This document shows, piece after piece, positions 8,275-17,531 of a DNA stretch of 64,000 bases. The translations under genes and the position numbers were made by a program. Source of the DNA: a virus. The DNA is taken from positions 32,551 to 96,550 of the IMG/VR virus record IMGVR_UViG_3300023174_004998; one strand, 5' to 3'. The notes beneath the pieces are model-generated. The model was not told the DNA's origin, made no database searches, and saw only the letters and a list, made by a program, of their open reading frames with translations. How positions within the stretch are numbered: the first letter of the stretch is position 1; each line of letters starts with the position of its first letter.

Positions 8275-9815
8275 TACACTTGATTTTCTAGTTGGTCTAG
8301 CAAGGTTTCATCAAATTCTTCTACAGGCACAACTTCTTCTTCGACATCAAATAAGTTATTAAACATAGTGTGAGCATTGGTAGCACGTTTACCAGTAAAG
8401 CCTCTTGTGCCCACTACCCTTTCCCATATTGTAGCATACTCATCAATTATTGCCAAGCTCTTTTGGCGATCACGGGCGGCAAACACTCGATCTATAATAG
8501 GGCGTACATCAAAGTCTGGGTTGATTGGGTGAACCATCATGTCTGGTGACTCGCCTGCATCGTAGCGTCGATTGGCTTCTTGCACTGCTCGAATATGGTG
8601 CCAAACATTATGTCCCATCATCAGTGCGTAACTAAAACTATCCCATGAAGTACGACCTTCTTTGCCAATCTTATTTAGGTCACCAGGTTTGTAGATACAA
8701 ACATCTTTGATGGCCATTCTGGCAGAAATCGGTGAGTCTTCAAACACATCATGTATGTTATCCTGTAACACAGCATCTCTAAAGGTGCGATTGTCTGTAG
8801 CATACTTTTTGTCATCAGCTGTGGGGCTCATCATGTACGACCACTTGCCACGATTGGCTGTACGAAGTTGAGTATAGATCTGTCCGTTGGCAGTGGCCAG
8901 GAACGGTGATGCACAGTCAAACGATATAGTAAAGTTGGCATTGTGATATTTGCGGATAGCACGTTGAATGTCTGTGAGTAGCACAGCCCACTCTAGTTTT
9001 GATGTGCCCAAGAAGTGCATCCAATCGTGTACACCTTTTTCCAACAATCCATCGTGTATCAAATGCACCAAGCGTTTGAGAACCAAGTGTACATCACACA
9101 TGTTCTGACCTCCCATGCCCCAGCCGTTGAAATGCTTGTTTGGGTACTTGTTGGGATCTGAATAGTGTTTCATGAGATCATACCAATGATCAGCTTCGGC
9201 ATGATTACCACCTTGTAATACGTTTAAGATCTTGGTGTCACCGTAGCGATTGGCAATCCAGAACTCGTTGTTGTATTGTGTAGCTGTCACAGCATCTTCA
9301 TAGCTGTGAATACCCGACGCCTTGGCTGCCACTGGATCACGAAATGTCCATGTAGGAATATCCATGGTCATGCCATAAGTGGATATGCCCATTTGCCATT
9401 TAAGAACTTTCTCTCGTTGTTGCTCTGACTTTTTATCTGTAGGGTCTGCCCAACGACCAGGCCACACACCTTTGGCAATCTGGAATCCGCCTGAGTCTGC
9501 TAACATAATAGTGTTAGGATCTCTGTTGCGAACCATGTCTTCTTTGGCATCAAACTTGTTCAAGTCTAAATTGGCGTGTCCAGCTGAATACAACGACCAA
9601 CGATATGGAAACAAGGCCTTGGTTGGATTGAGCCAGTTCATACTTTCCATGTCACCAATTCCCGATGGTAGGCGGCCCGGGTCAAGACCTACTCCGTGTC
9701 GCTCACGTCCAATGTATCCAGCATAAAAACTGCTGATAGCAGGAAGAAACACAGCATAGTCGCTTTGTTTAGCAGTTAAATTGTCCTGTACTAGTTGTTC
9801 TGGTTCTCTGTCCAT
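8274..9815 (-). CDS. tRNA-guanine transglycosylase-like protein (DpdA-like DNA base-exchange enzyme)
   Basis: DSGGFQ, MTMDIP, VLQG, GMGG, HFLG, FDCASPF and C-terminal HN motifs of the TGT fold; linked to folE and QueD-like genes. Confidence 0.85.
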   Translation of the reverse strand: MDREPEQLVQDNLTAKQSDYAVFLPAISSFYAGYIGRERHGVGLDPGRLPSGIGDMESMNWLNPTKALFPYRWSLYSAGHANLDLNKFDAKEDMVRNRDPNTIMLADSGGFQIAKGVWPGRWADPTDKKSEQQREKVLKWQMGISTYGMTMDIPTWTFRDPVAAKASGIHSYEDAVTATQYNNEFWIANRYGDTKILNVLQGGNHAEADHWYDLMKHYSDPNKYPNKHFNGWGMGGQNMCDVHLVLKRLVHLIHDGLLEKGVHDWMHFLGTSKLEWAVLLTDIQRAIRKYHNANFTISFDCASPFLATANGQIYTQLRTANRGKWSYMMSPTADDKKYATDNRTFRDAVLQDNIHDVFEDSPISARMAIKDVCIYKPGDLNKIGKEGRTSWDSFSYALMMGHNVWHHIRAVQEANRRYDAGESPDMMVHPINPDFDVRPIIDRVFAARDRQKSLAIIDEYATIWERVVGTRGFTGKRATNAHTMFNNLFDVEEEVVPVEEFDETLLDQLENQV

Positions 9816-10438
9816 TTGTGGTTCTTTGCTCGTGTTATCAATCTGTATCCGCCGTGGTCTATAGGAGCCCACACAAAAAAATCATCGTGTACTTGTTGAG
9901 TAGTTGGCGGTTGCTTGTCCTCAGTTTGTATGCTCCAGTCAGGGAAAATATGAAATCTATGATTGGGTATTTCTACCAAGGTATTCACACCCAACGGTCC
10001 ATAGTGAACACATTTGCCCCACGCACTTCCTAAAATAATCCAATCTTGTACTTCTGGCCAATAGTAATGCCCTTGATGTATAAAAGTTTCTCTTCTACTT
10101 AGGTGCACCGTTTGTTGATCAAATAATTTGTCATGTATGAGTCGAGTTGTGTGACACTCACCGGCATTTTTAATCAAATCAAACAGGGCATTATCATTGA
10201 CCTGACTGTTGATAGTATCAGCGGCCCAATGATAGTTCTTAAGTGTATTATAAATGCTTTTATCTGAATAGTCAATGACTATATTGGTTGTACAGTTTAC
10301 TACACCAGCAATGGGATATTGAGCCAATTGAGTCAGAGCATTTTGATAAAACTCATTGTTGGTGTCATCCTGCCAAACGTCAATGCAAAGCACTCCCCAA
10401 ACCGGAGGTGCTTTGTATCGTACTACATCTCTAATCAC
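9791..10438 (-). CDS. hypothetical protein (possible isochorismatase-like fold)
   Basis: VLCIDVW and ILGSAWGKCV motifs; weak. Confidence 0.55.
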   Translation of the reverse strand: MIRDVVRYKAPPVWGVLCIDVWQDDTNNEFYQNALTQLAQYPIAGVVNCTTNIVIDYSDKSIYNTLKNYHWAADTINSQVNDNALFDLIKNAGECHTTRLIHDKLFDQQTVHLSRRETFIHQGHYYWPEVQDWIILGSAWGKCVHYGPLGVNTLVEIPNHRFHIFPDWSIQTEDKQPPTTQQVHDDFFVWAPIDHGGYRLITRAKNHKWTENQNN

Positions 10439-11166
10439 TTGCTGAGTGCTGGAAGGATATAATCATAAACAGCAATACCGCTGTCAACTGTGATCTTTGT
10501 AGCACCATCATCACTGATACGCACAGTTTTGTCTCCTGTGAGATTCATGATAGAAATAAACTGTGACACTGGCCATAACCAAGGGCGGGTAAGTTTACCT
10601 GATACGCCTGGTTGAAACACAAAGTCACCTGCGTGTGTGCTATGATCGCCAAAGAAAAACTTCAAGTCGCCGTTTTCTGTCTTGGCCATGAAGTTTGGAG
10701 TCTCTGCGTTGGCCTGTGCCTGCATCTTGAGACGTTGAATAGCGGCCACTGTGGGCTCAAACTCCACTGCCCATGGCACCGGTTTCATTTTAAATTGTTT
10801 GAGCTGTTCTGCAACAACTTCTGACACCATGAAACGATAGTCGTTCTTGAAGTCGCCGACCTTGTTTTCAAAGTGTAAGCCCACTGGACTATCAACACCG
10901 TTGCGGTTTTGCCGGGTCACTGTGATTTGTGCATCTTCTTTGTACTCTTGTAAGTTTAACAAGATTTTGAGCTTGCCAAGATTTGGCATACCAAATGTGC
11001 CAATGAAGTCTGCCACTGGCGTGGCAAACTTGGCCTGCAATACCACGCTCTTGTCTGTGGCTACACCATCAATGGTGGTCTCTTTGTCTGTGCCTGTGAT
11101 CTTGATCAATTCAATACACCCAAGATCATAAGTGTGTTCTACTAAATCTAATAAATTATCTCTCAT
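10435..11166 (-). CDS. DNA sliding clamp (T4 gp45-like)
   Basis: Size 243 aa, GTFGMPNLGKLKILL pattern, next to PolB, clamp loader in window. Confidence 0.7.
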   Translation of the reverse strand: MRDNLLDLVEHTYDLGCIELIKITGTDKETTIDGVATDKSVVLQAKFATPVADFIGTFGMPNLGKLKILLNLQEYKEDAQITVTRQNRNGVDSPVGLHFENKVGDFKNDYRFMVSEVVAEQLKQFKMKPVPWAVEFEPTVAAIQRLKMQAQANAETPNFMAKTENGDLKFFFGDHSTHAGDFVFQPGVSGKLTRPWLWPVSQFISIMNLTGDKTVRISDDGATKITVDSGIAVYDYILPALSK

Positions 11167-11178
11167 CGTTTTCTCCTA

Positions 11179-12123
11179 TTAAATGCTTGATATTCTGCCT
11201 AGTGTTTGCCCGCCTCGTAAACTGGTTTTAGTTCCGGACTTCTGTAACTCCAACCAACTTACATTATTTTCCAAATCAAAACTTGATGCTATTCTAAAAC
11301 CAATTTTTTCAGCCATGGCCTTGACACGTTTGCCTGGTGTATAACAATAATACGAATTTTCAAAATTGTCAACCCCTATTGGATAATCGCAATTATTGTA
11401 AGTGAATATCACCATACCTCCGGGTCTAAGCAATAGATGTATTTCTTTGAGATACCGTTCAATCAACTCCAGAGGACGGAAGTTAAAAAAATCCACAGCC
11501 ACAATCAATCCAAATTGATGTTGTGGAAGTTGATGAAATATACGTTTCTCATTTTCTTTGACAGTGTAGTATCTTACCCGAGTTTGATATTCCGGGGTCC
11601 ACATCTTCTTGACATTTTTAAATAATTCTGGATCAGTGTCTACCAGGTACAATGGATCACACGCAGTGAGATGTTGAGAAATATCACCGTATGCCGGTCT
11701 TATTTCCATGGCTGGCCATTTCCAATGCCCAAGATCTCTAATCCTGCCAGAGAAGAAGTCCAGTGTTTCTTGTTGATATAAAAGTTTCTTAAAGTTGTGT
11801 CTATCTAAAATATAGTCAGCAGAGTCGTTGACGCCTTCTTGATAAACTGTTTGACTTTTAGCATAGTATGGTTCCTCTACACTTTTAACAAAGCCATCCA
11901 GAGCTTGTTTAAATCGCTGTATGTCCTGATCAATGGTGTCGAGTGTGTCTAATGCTAATTTTTTATTGTCCTTCATAGCGGTCTTGATGTTGTCAAAATC
12001 TATATTTTGCACATCAAGGTCAGTGATTACATGTTGTAGTAGGCTTTCAATTTCATCGTAGACATGCTTGACACTGAGATTGTCAACCATGAACTTATAG
12101 GTGATTAGTCGGCTGAGTTTCAT
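11179..12123 (-). CDS. class I SAM-dependent methyltransferase-like protein
   Basis: YLVDTD, QFGLIVAVDFFNF, YLKEIHLLLRPGGMVIFTY. Confidence 0.7.
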   Translation of the reverse strand: MKLSRLITYKFMVDNLSVKHVYDEIESLLQHVITDLDVQNIDFDNIKTAMKDNKKLALDTLDTIDQDIQRFKQALDGFVKSVEEPYYAKSQTVYQEGVNDSADYILDRHNFKKLLYQQETLDFFSGRIRDLGHWKWPAMEIRPAYGDISQHLTACDPLYLVDTDPELFKNVKKMWTPEYQTRVRYYTVKENEKRIFHQLPQHQFGLIVAVDFFNFRPLELIERYLKEIHLLLRPGGMVIFTYNNCDYPIGVDNFENSYYCYTPGKRVKAMAEKIGFRIASSFDLENNVSWLELQKSGTKTSLRGGQTLGRISSI

Positions 12124-14780
12124 TCAAATGTAAACAATGATTGGAAAGTGTTTGTTGTGTTGGTAGCTGATCCTAGATCCCATTCTAACACTCCCAACAA
12201 GTTGTTGATCTTTTGATCTACCACAGTGGCTTCCATTTCTGCATCGTCAAATGGCAATTCTTTAAACCATTGCGGCAAGTGCATCTCATCTGTGGGGTAG
12301 CCAATTGAAGTCCATCCCAGGGCATTGCTCTTGAGTTTGCATACAATGGTCTTCATACCATCAACGATTTGCAATGAATAGTTATCGCTGTTCATCCGAC
12401 GCATGTTGTTCCAGTTCATGGCTGCTCGCACATGTCCAGGCATGTTGGCACGACCTTCACGTTCTTCTTTCTTTTGATACTGAGTGAGATTGTTTACACG
12501 TTTGGGACTACCCTTCTCCCAACCTGGCCGCTCGGTAAATTCGTATTTGAATTTGCGTATAATTTCAATGATCTCATCTCGTTGACTACCGTTGAGCACA
12601 CGCTCTAACAAGTCCCACAAAAAGTCTTGAATGACTTTGGGTGTATCGGATCTCTTTAAATCCAAGCCCATGGCTTTGATTGATCCTGTTTTTCCATCAA
12701 CGTCCTTGCGCTTGCCTTCTTTGTCATAGATATTGACGGCATAACGTTTCTTGGTAATGAATAAACTGCGACCTGCTACAAGTTCACGACCGCCTTTGAT
12801 AATTGAACCCATTTCTCTAGGGCAATGAAATGCTCGCTCCATGAAGCCTGGAAAACTATCGTTGACTTGATCAGCAATACTGTCGTAGAGTTGTACGCAC
12901 ATTTCTTTTGACCATTCCATGCGACCTTCTTTGACTTCTTTAGACAATACTGGCCAGGCACTAAAGTATACAGAATCTGTGTCACCATAGATGATAGCTT
13001 CGCCTACGTGATCATACTTGCCAGTGATACATTCGTTGACATAGGCATCCATGTGATAGGCAATGGCACGTCCTGTCAGCGTGGTTGATTGTCCAATGCG
13101 TTTGTCAAAGAATCTACAACCAGGGTTCAAGATGGCACCATACAGTGAATTCAAGTTAATCTTCTTGACCAACTGACGCTTGTCCCAAAACTCTTGCTCT
13201 GCTTTATCTGTAGATTCTTTTAGTTTGGCCTGTAGTTCTTTGCGTTCTCTATACCAACGTGCCAGCAAGCCGGGAATAACACCTTCACTTTCAAAGGTAA
13301 AGATTGTGCCATTGGCCGACAGGATCCAAGGCTGATTGCTATCAAAGATCATCTTCCATACTTCTGGAGCAGAGTGTACAGTTTCTTCTCCATCCTGCCA
13401 GTCTATGGTGATCTCTGTGCCACGTTGTTGTTCCATCACTGCTGTGTATTCAAGGCTTCCAAACAAACCTTCCCAGGCCGCCGCAAAGCTGGACCCAGAG
13501 TTCATTTTGTCCCGGATATACCTATCAGTCATTGTTGGCCGGAGTTGTCCGATAATGGTTTCTGGCGCCATGTTAAGGGCTCTAATAGCCGAGGGATACA
13601 GCGAGTTGATGTCAATGGCACCGACCCATTCGTGGATGCCTTTTTTGGGATAAGCAACATAGGCACCTGCGGCTTGTGTATCTTCATCTGTGAGTCTCTC
13701 TTTGCGGTTGGGAACTACTAGTCCACGTTCGTGGGCTTCATTGATGATGGCCTGTTCAGTTACAGCCACAGCACCCATGGTTGTTTGCAACAACACAGTG
13801 TTGGCATGTGCTAGTTCGTTGGCAAGGTCTAGAAATCGTAACTTTTTGTCCAAGCGGGCAAGCAACATGGTGTCCTGCCTGTTGTAGTCGATGAATGTCT
13901 TGAAGTTTTGATTGTATAGCTGATCCAGCGTTCCCTCAAACTGAGTTTTTCTCTCTCCAAGCTCATGATCGCCGATGGCATCCAGCGAGTAGGAATGACG
14001 TTCTTCATATGTGTATTTCCTATAAAGTTGCATATAGTCCATGTGTACTCGACCAATCAAGTCAAAGGTCAAGTTTTCTGCACCAAAGCGTTCAAAGGTG
14101 CGTTGCTTGGGAAATTGATTCCACAAACACATGCGACGTGTGTCGTCTTTGCTGAGTACACGAGTGATACGTTGTACTGTATACGGTATATCAAAGCCCT
14201 CTGAGTTCCAGCCACTCAACACATCTGCATCGTCGATGAGATCCAAGAACGTGTTCAACATGTCCTCTTCACGATCAAACAGCATGGTATTTTCAAACTG
14301 GCCAGCGATCTCTTTGGCAGTTTCTGCGCTCATTGACTTGGGAGGAATTACCAAGGTAACCAACTGGTCCAACCAATCAAGATACAGAGATATAGCAGTG
14401 ATAGGGTTGAATGGATCGTCAGGCTTGGAGAATCCACGCTCGGGGTCAAAGTCTACCTCAATGTCAAAGAAACATGTTTGCAGTCGAGGTGCATCCTGGC
14501 CTTTGTAGTTGTCTTCAAAGCATCGAAACACAGGATTGATATCCGACTCATAGATACCTTTGCCTGATTGTATGCGTAGTTCTTTGCGGAACTCTTTGTT
14601 GTTGCGGGTGGAAAATCTTGAAACAGGGTTGCCGTAGATACTACGGAACTTGCCTCGAGGATCATCATAGTAGAACACGTATGTGGCTGGGTACTCGCGA
14701 TACTCGCGAAGACCATTCCGGCGTTCTACTACATGAATGCGATCGTGTTCACGATCAAATAGTGCGTCTACGTAACTCAT
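12120..14780 (-). CDS. family B DNA polymerase
   Basis: Exo DIEV, GWNSEGFDIPY, YNRQD; pol DINSLYPS, KINLNSLYG, YGDTDS, KKRY. Confidence 0.97.
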   Translation of the reverse strand: MSYVDALFDREHDRIHVVERRNGLREYREYPATYVFYYDDPRGKFRSIYGNPVSRFSTRNNKEFRKELRIQSGKGIYESDINPVFRCFEDNYKGQDAPRLQTCFFDIEVDFDPERGFSKPDDPFNPITAISLYLDWLDQLVTLVIPPKSMSAETAKEIAGQFENTMLFDREEDMLNTFLDLIDDADVLSGWNSEGFDIPYTVQRITRVLSKDDTRRMCLWNQFPKQRTFERFGAENLTFDLIGRVHMDYMQLYRKYTYEERHSYSLDAIGDHELGERKTQFEGTLDQLYNQNFKTFIDYNRQDTMLLARLDKKLRFLDLANELAHANTVLLQTTMGAVAVTEQAIINEAHERGLVVPNRKERLTDEDTQAAGAYVAYPKKGIHEWVGAIDINSLYPSAIRALNMAPETIIGQLRPTMTDRYIRDKMNSGSSFAAAWEGLFGSLEYTAVMEQQRGTEITIDWQDGEETVHSAPEVWKMIFDSNQPWILSANGTIFTFESEGVIPGLLARWYRERKELQAKLKESTDKAEQEFWDKRQLVKKINLNSLYGAILNPGCRFFDKRIGQSTTLTGRAIAYHMDAYVNECITGKYDHVGEAIIYGDTDSVYFSAWPVLSKEVKEGRMEWSKEMCVQLYDSIADQVNDSFPGFMERAFHCPREMGSIIKGGRELVAGRSLFITKKRYAVNIYDKEGKRKDVDGKTGSIKAMGLDLKRSDTPKVIQDFLWDLLERVLNGSQRDEIIEIIRKFKYEFTERPGWEKGSPKRVNNLTQYQKKEEREGRANMPGHVRAAMNWNNMRRMNSDNYSLQIVDGMKTIVCKLKSNALGWTSIGYPTDEMHLPQWFKELPFDDAEMEATVVDQKINNLLGVLEWDLGSATNTTNTFQSLFTFE

Positions 14781-14790
14781 TTTTCTCCAG

Positions 14791-14858
14791 GTGGCTTATG
14801 GCCCACTCATGCCGTTCTTCATGCCCGTGTCGTGGGCGAGGCGCTGTTGTGATAACAG
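14791..14858 (-). promoter_or_regulatory. GC-rich structured leader of the polymerase gene (candidate translational operator)
   Basis: Stems CUGUU/AACAG and GCCC/GGGC (or GCCCAC/GUGGGC) just 5' of the GGAG SD. Confidence 0.4.
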
Positions 14859-14861
14859 TAA

Positions 14862-15122
14862 TTATAGAGTTTTGCCGACAGTGGTCAAAATTGTTTCCAA
14901 CAAAGCATGGTCTTGTTGCTCGCGACCAAATTCAGCCTTGTGTGCCAACTTGATGGCTTTTTTGAGAATGTTGGGTTTGATATCCATTTCTTCTGCCACA
15001 GCCTTGATAGTGTCACTGAGTCCACCATTGAGTGTTTCGATCTCGTGCATGACCTGCATGCCTTCGTTGATGATCTGTGTAAGTTTGGCTTTTTGTTCGC
15101 CTGAAAAAACTCGATTGTCCAT
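14862..15122 (-). CDS. T4 DsbA-like dsDNA-binding protein
   Basis: 86-aa helical protein, pattern KLTQIINE...DTIKAVAEEMDIKPNILKKAIKLAHK. Confidence 0.7.
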   Translation of the reverse strand: MDNRVFSGEQKAKLTQIINEGMQVMHEIETLNGGLSDTIKAVAEEMDIKPNILKKAIKLAHKAEFGREQQDHALLETILTTVGKTL

Positions 15123-15146
15123 GTTTAAAAATCTCCTTGTTCAGCT

Positions 15147-15175
15147 ATTATATAACAGATCTTTTGGAAAGTCAA
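15147..15175 (-). promoter_or_regulatory. sigma70-type early promoter TTGACT-N17-TATAAT
   Basis: Near-consensus, heads the dsbA-pol-clamp-modification operon. Confidence 0.85.
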
Positions 15176-15190
15176 ACAGTTTTGGTAAAG

Positions 15191-15278
15191 ATGCTCACTT
15201 TTGACTTACTAACGGGTAGCGAATCCTTTTCAGTCAGGCCAGCAGCCGGCCACGCACCATAGCGGTCCTAAGGTGTGT
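15191..15278 (-). ncRNA. candidate structured RNA (three stems plus possible pseudoknot), family unknown
   Basis: ACACACC/GGUGCGU, GGCC/GGCC, UGACU/AGUCA; 3' tail GUGAGCA complementary to loop sequences. Confidence 0.4.
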
Positions 15279-15914
15279 TCATGCCCATGCCACCATTTTG
15301 AATCTTTCTTGGGGTATGCCAAAGTAATTGCATTTCCAATCACTCTGTGCAAAGAAATCCAAATGATGCCATTGGTCTTTGTGCTTCAGTATATCTCGAC
15401 CGGCCTGTTGCCAATTGATACTGTTTATTTTTTGTTCCATCTTTTGTCGAACTGCATCCACTTCTACAAAATCAAAACCGTCGTATTCCCAATGTAGAAC
15501 TTCAAACGCATTGCCTTCACGATCCACCCAGTCTATAGAAAAGTCTAGTCCCCATTTTGGCCTTAACTGTATGAGCTTGTGGCACAAGGGCATTTGCTCA
15601 CTCCACTGTAGAAGTTGTTCTCGCGCCCGATCGGCATATCCCTTGCGTTCAAATAGATAGCTGTGATTCAACACAGCACCTTCTATGCGATGGCCTTGTT
15701 CAAACCAAGGTGTCTTGATAGCATGCCGATGTTCTCTATGATTGAAGAATTTGGTTTTATTGCAGTTGGCAAATCTCTTTTCCAACGGACAAAGATCAAA
15801 TCCATTTTGATCAAACAGTGCAAAGTCTTCGACCAATGGCACAAACAGCATAGAGTCAGTGGCTGAATGCCAATACCCATCTGGGTCAAACTTATTGTTG
15901 GTCAGGCGTAGCAT
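15279..15914 (-). CDS. hypothetical protein
   Basis: Long ORF; start uncertain (15914 or 15959). Confidence 0.65.
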   Translation of the reverse strand: MLRLTNNKFDPDGYWHSATDSMLFVPLVEDFALFDQNGFDLCPLEKRFANCNKTKFFNHREHRHAIKTPWFEQGHRIEGAVLNHSYLFERKGYADRAREQLLQWSEQMPLCHKLIQLRPKWGLDFSIDWVDREGNAFEVLHWEYDGFDFVEVDAVRQKMEQKINSINWQQAGRDILKHKDQWHHLDFFAQSDWKCNYFGIPQERFKMVAWA

Positions 15915-16425
15915 TTCTTGGTGTAGGATACCTAGTGGCACTGGGTCGGGTGGGATCATGCTGATAGTTGCAGGCAGGATTGAGCCAGGCAGTGAGTCGG
16001 TCTTCTATGGCCTTGAGTTCTTGTTTCAACTGTGCCTGATTACCGTGTTGTGCCACAGTGGTTATGGGATAGAAACGTAGTTGTACATCTTTTAAATCAT
16101 TGATACCATACCCAGCCGCGGCAAATCGATCGGCAAACTGTTTCCAGTTGTGCATCTGTGCAGCCGAAGTACATTGATCCAATAACTTCTGGATGTGTTT
16201 GTGCCAACGTGCTGTGAAGTTGTCAGCGGCGGCAATGCCCACATAGAAGTAGCCCCAGTCAGGATGTTTCCAAACATAGATGCCCGACTTCTTTGTTTCT
16301 GCTGGACGGTCATTGCGCAGACGTATGGTCAAGCCAGGACGGCCTTCTCGCTGTTTGACCAAGGAATAGATATCGTAGAAATTGTAGGTAACACTACGAC
16401 CCAATTGTATTTCGTTCAATCTCAT
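15892..16425 (-). CDS. GIY-YIG-family nuclease-like protein with MRLNEI leader
   Basis: SGIYVW...FYVGIA...RWHKH...E...N motifs. Confidence 0.75.
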   Translation of the reverse strand: MRLNEIQLGRSVTYNFYDIYSLVKQREGRPGLTIRLRNDRPAETKKSGIYVWKHPDWGYFYVGIAAADNFTARWHKHIQKLLDQCTSAAQMHNWKQFADRFAAAGYGINDLKDVQLRFYPITTVAQHGNQAQLKQELKAIEDRLTAWLNPACNYQHDPTRPSATRYPTPRNATPDQQ

Positions 16426-16493
16426 ACTGGTGAGTAAGGGTTGCGATGACGATCATAACCATCGTCTTCTGGATACACTGGATATTCGTTCAT
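16422..16493 (-). CDS. 23-aa micro-ORF MNEYPVYPEDDGYDRHRNPYSPV
   Basis: Fills the gap exactly, preceded by AGGA, TGA overlaps next ATG. Confidence 0.55.
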   Translation of the reverse strand: MNEYPVYPEDDGYDRHRNPYSPV

Positions 16494-16494
16494 G

Positions 16495-17127
16495 TTATCT
16501 TCCTGCATTGCGTATGGCTGCACCGTTGTTGAAACTCTGGCTCCAGGAGTTAGCAGTACGATTACCTTTGCGAGCACTCCACTCGTAGCCTGCACGATGC
16601 CCTGAACAGTCTTTGGTGCATTGACTGCCTTTGAACATCAGCTCGTTTAGCTGTTCTTCTGTAAGACTTTCATCTAGTTCGTCATCCCCAAACTCCATGT
16701 GGTCATATGGGCCCCAGGGTTTGCCTGTACGACTATCTAGTTCACCTGATTCGTCACCGTGTTCATAGTAGTCATCGCTGTAGATTTCCACACCATCGAA
16801 TGTGCCATTGTAGCCAATGTTAAACCTGCGTGTGACACCGTCAGGACAAACAATGCCACGTTGTAACAATCGTTCTATGTCTTCTTGACTCTTGATACCT
16901 TTTTGCAAGTTGCCAGTATCATACACACCGTTGTACCAAGCTGATGCTAGAGTTCTAAAATAGTCTCCAGAATCACTGCCGCCTCCGGGTGCAAACTCAT
17001 TTAAGTCTTCGTTCTTCTTGCGACCTTGGCAATGAGCACGTTGGCTGAAACCTTTGGGGTTAGAGCAATCTATAGAGCGTTTGTATTTCCGGCTCCATTT
17101 TTCTGAGATGAATTCTTCAGCTCTCAT
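16495..17127 (-). CDS. putative internal head protein, multi-module (MRAEEFISE leader)
   Basis: Leader; modules KWSRKYKRSIDC.., EFAPGGG.., ELMFKGSQCTKDCSGH separated by LxE. Confidence 0.7.
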   Translation of the reverse strand: MRAEEFISEKWSRKYKRSIDCSNPKGFSQRAHCQGRKKNEDLNEFAPGGGSDSGDYFRTLASAWYNGVYDTGNLQKGIKSQEDIERLLQRGIVCPDGVTRRFNIGYNGTFDGVEIYSDDYYEHGDESGELDSRTGKPWGPYDHMEFGDDELDESLTEEQLNELMFKGSQCTKDCSGHRAGYEWSARKGNRTANSWSQSFNNGAAIRNAGR

Positions 17128-17531
17128 TTGGTCACCGGTCCACCTTCGACCCAAGCATCGCAGGTGCGCTTGGCTGCACACTTAAATTTTAGAAACTTGC
17201 AATATCCTAGATCGCCAGCATCTATGGTGTCATGTGGATCTGACCCTGGTTCACTGCCAATGCCCCTGGCTATACAATCCAGCATGTCAGGACTCATATC
17301 AAAGGCCGCACAGTTGCCACAGCGGTTGTTCTTTACTGATTCAATATCGTTGGTGTTCCAACGGTCGGCCAGTTCAGCCCAGTATTCTTCATTGGGCTCG
17401 TTGGGATTTAGCGGACCATAGTGATATTCATCTATGGCCTTTTGACGATTCTTGAGATTGAGATCAATGCTCTGCGTGGCTGGTGGACAGCCTTTTTCTA
17501 GAGCTTCTAACAAGTTGATATAGTTTCTCAT
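17124..17531 (-). CDS. Cys-rich (HiPIP-like pattern) putative internal protein
   Basis: MRNYINLLE leader; RCGNC...GYC...CAAKRTCDAW. Confidence 0.65.
   Translation of the reverse strand: MRNYINLLEALEKGCPPATQSIDLNLKNRQKAIDEYHYGPLNPNEPNEEYWAELADRWNTNDIESVKNNRCGNCAAFDMSPDMLDCIARGIGSEPGSDPHDTIDAGDLGYCKFLKFKCAAKRTCDAWVEGGPVTK

Noticed and set aside
12120-14780. Intein or intron in the polymerase
   Set aside because: Normal length with contiguous motifs
15892-16425. Intron-encoded homing endonuclease
   Set aside because: No interrupted host gene or intron core is visible; the ORF lacks obvious NUMOD/HTH tails and carries the array leader
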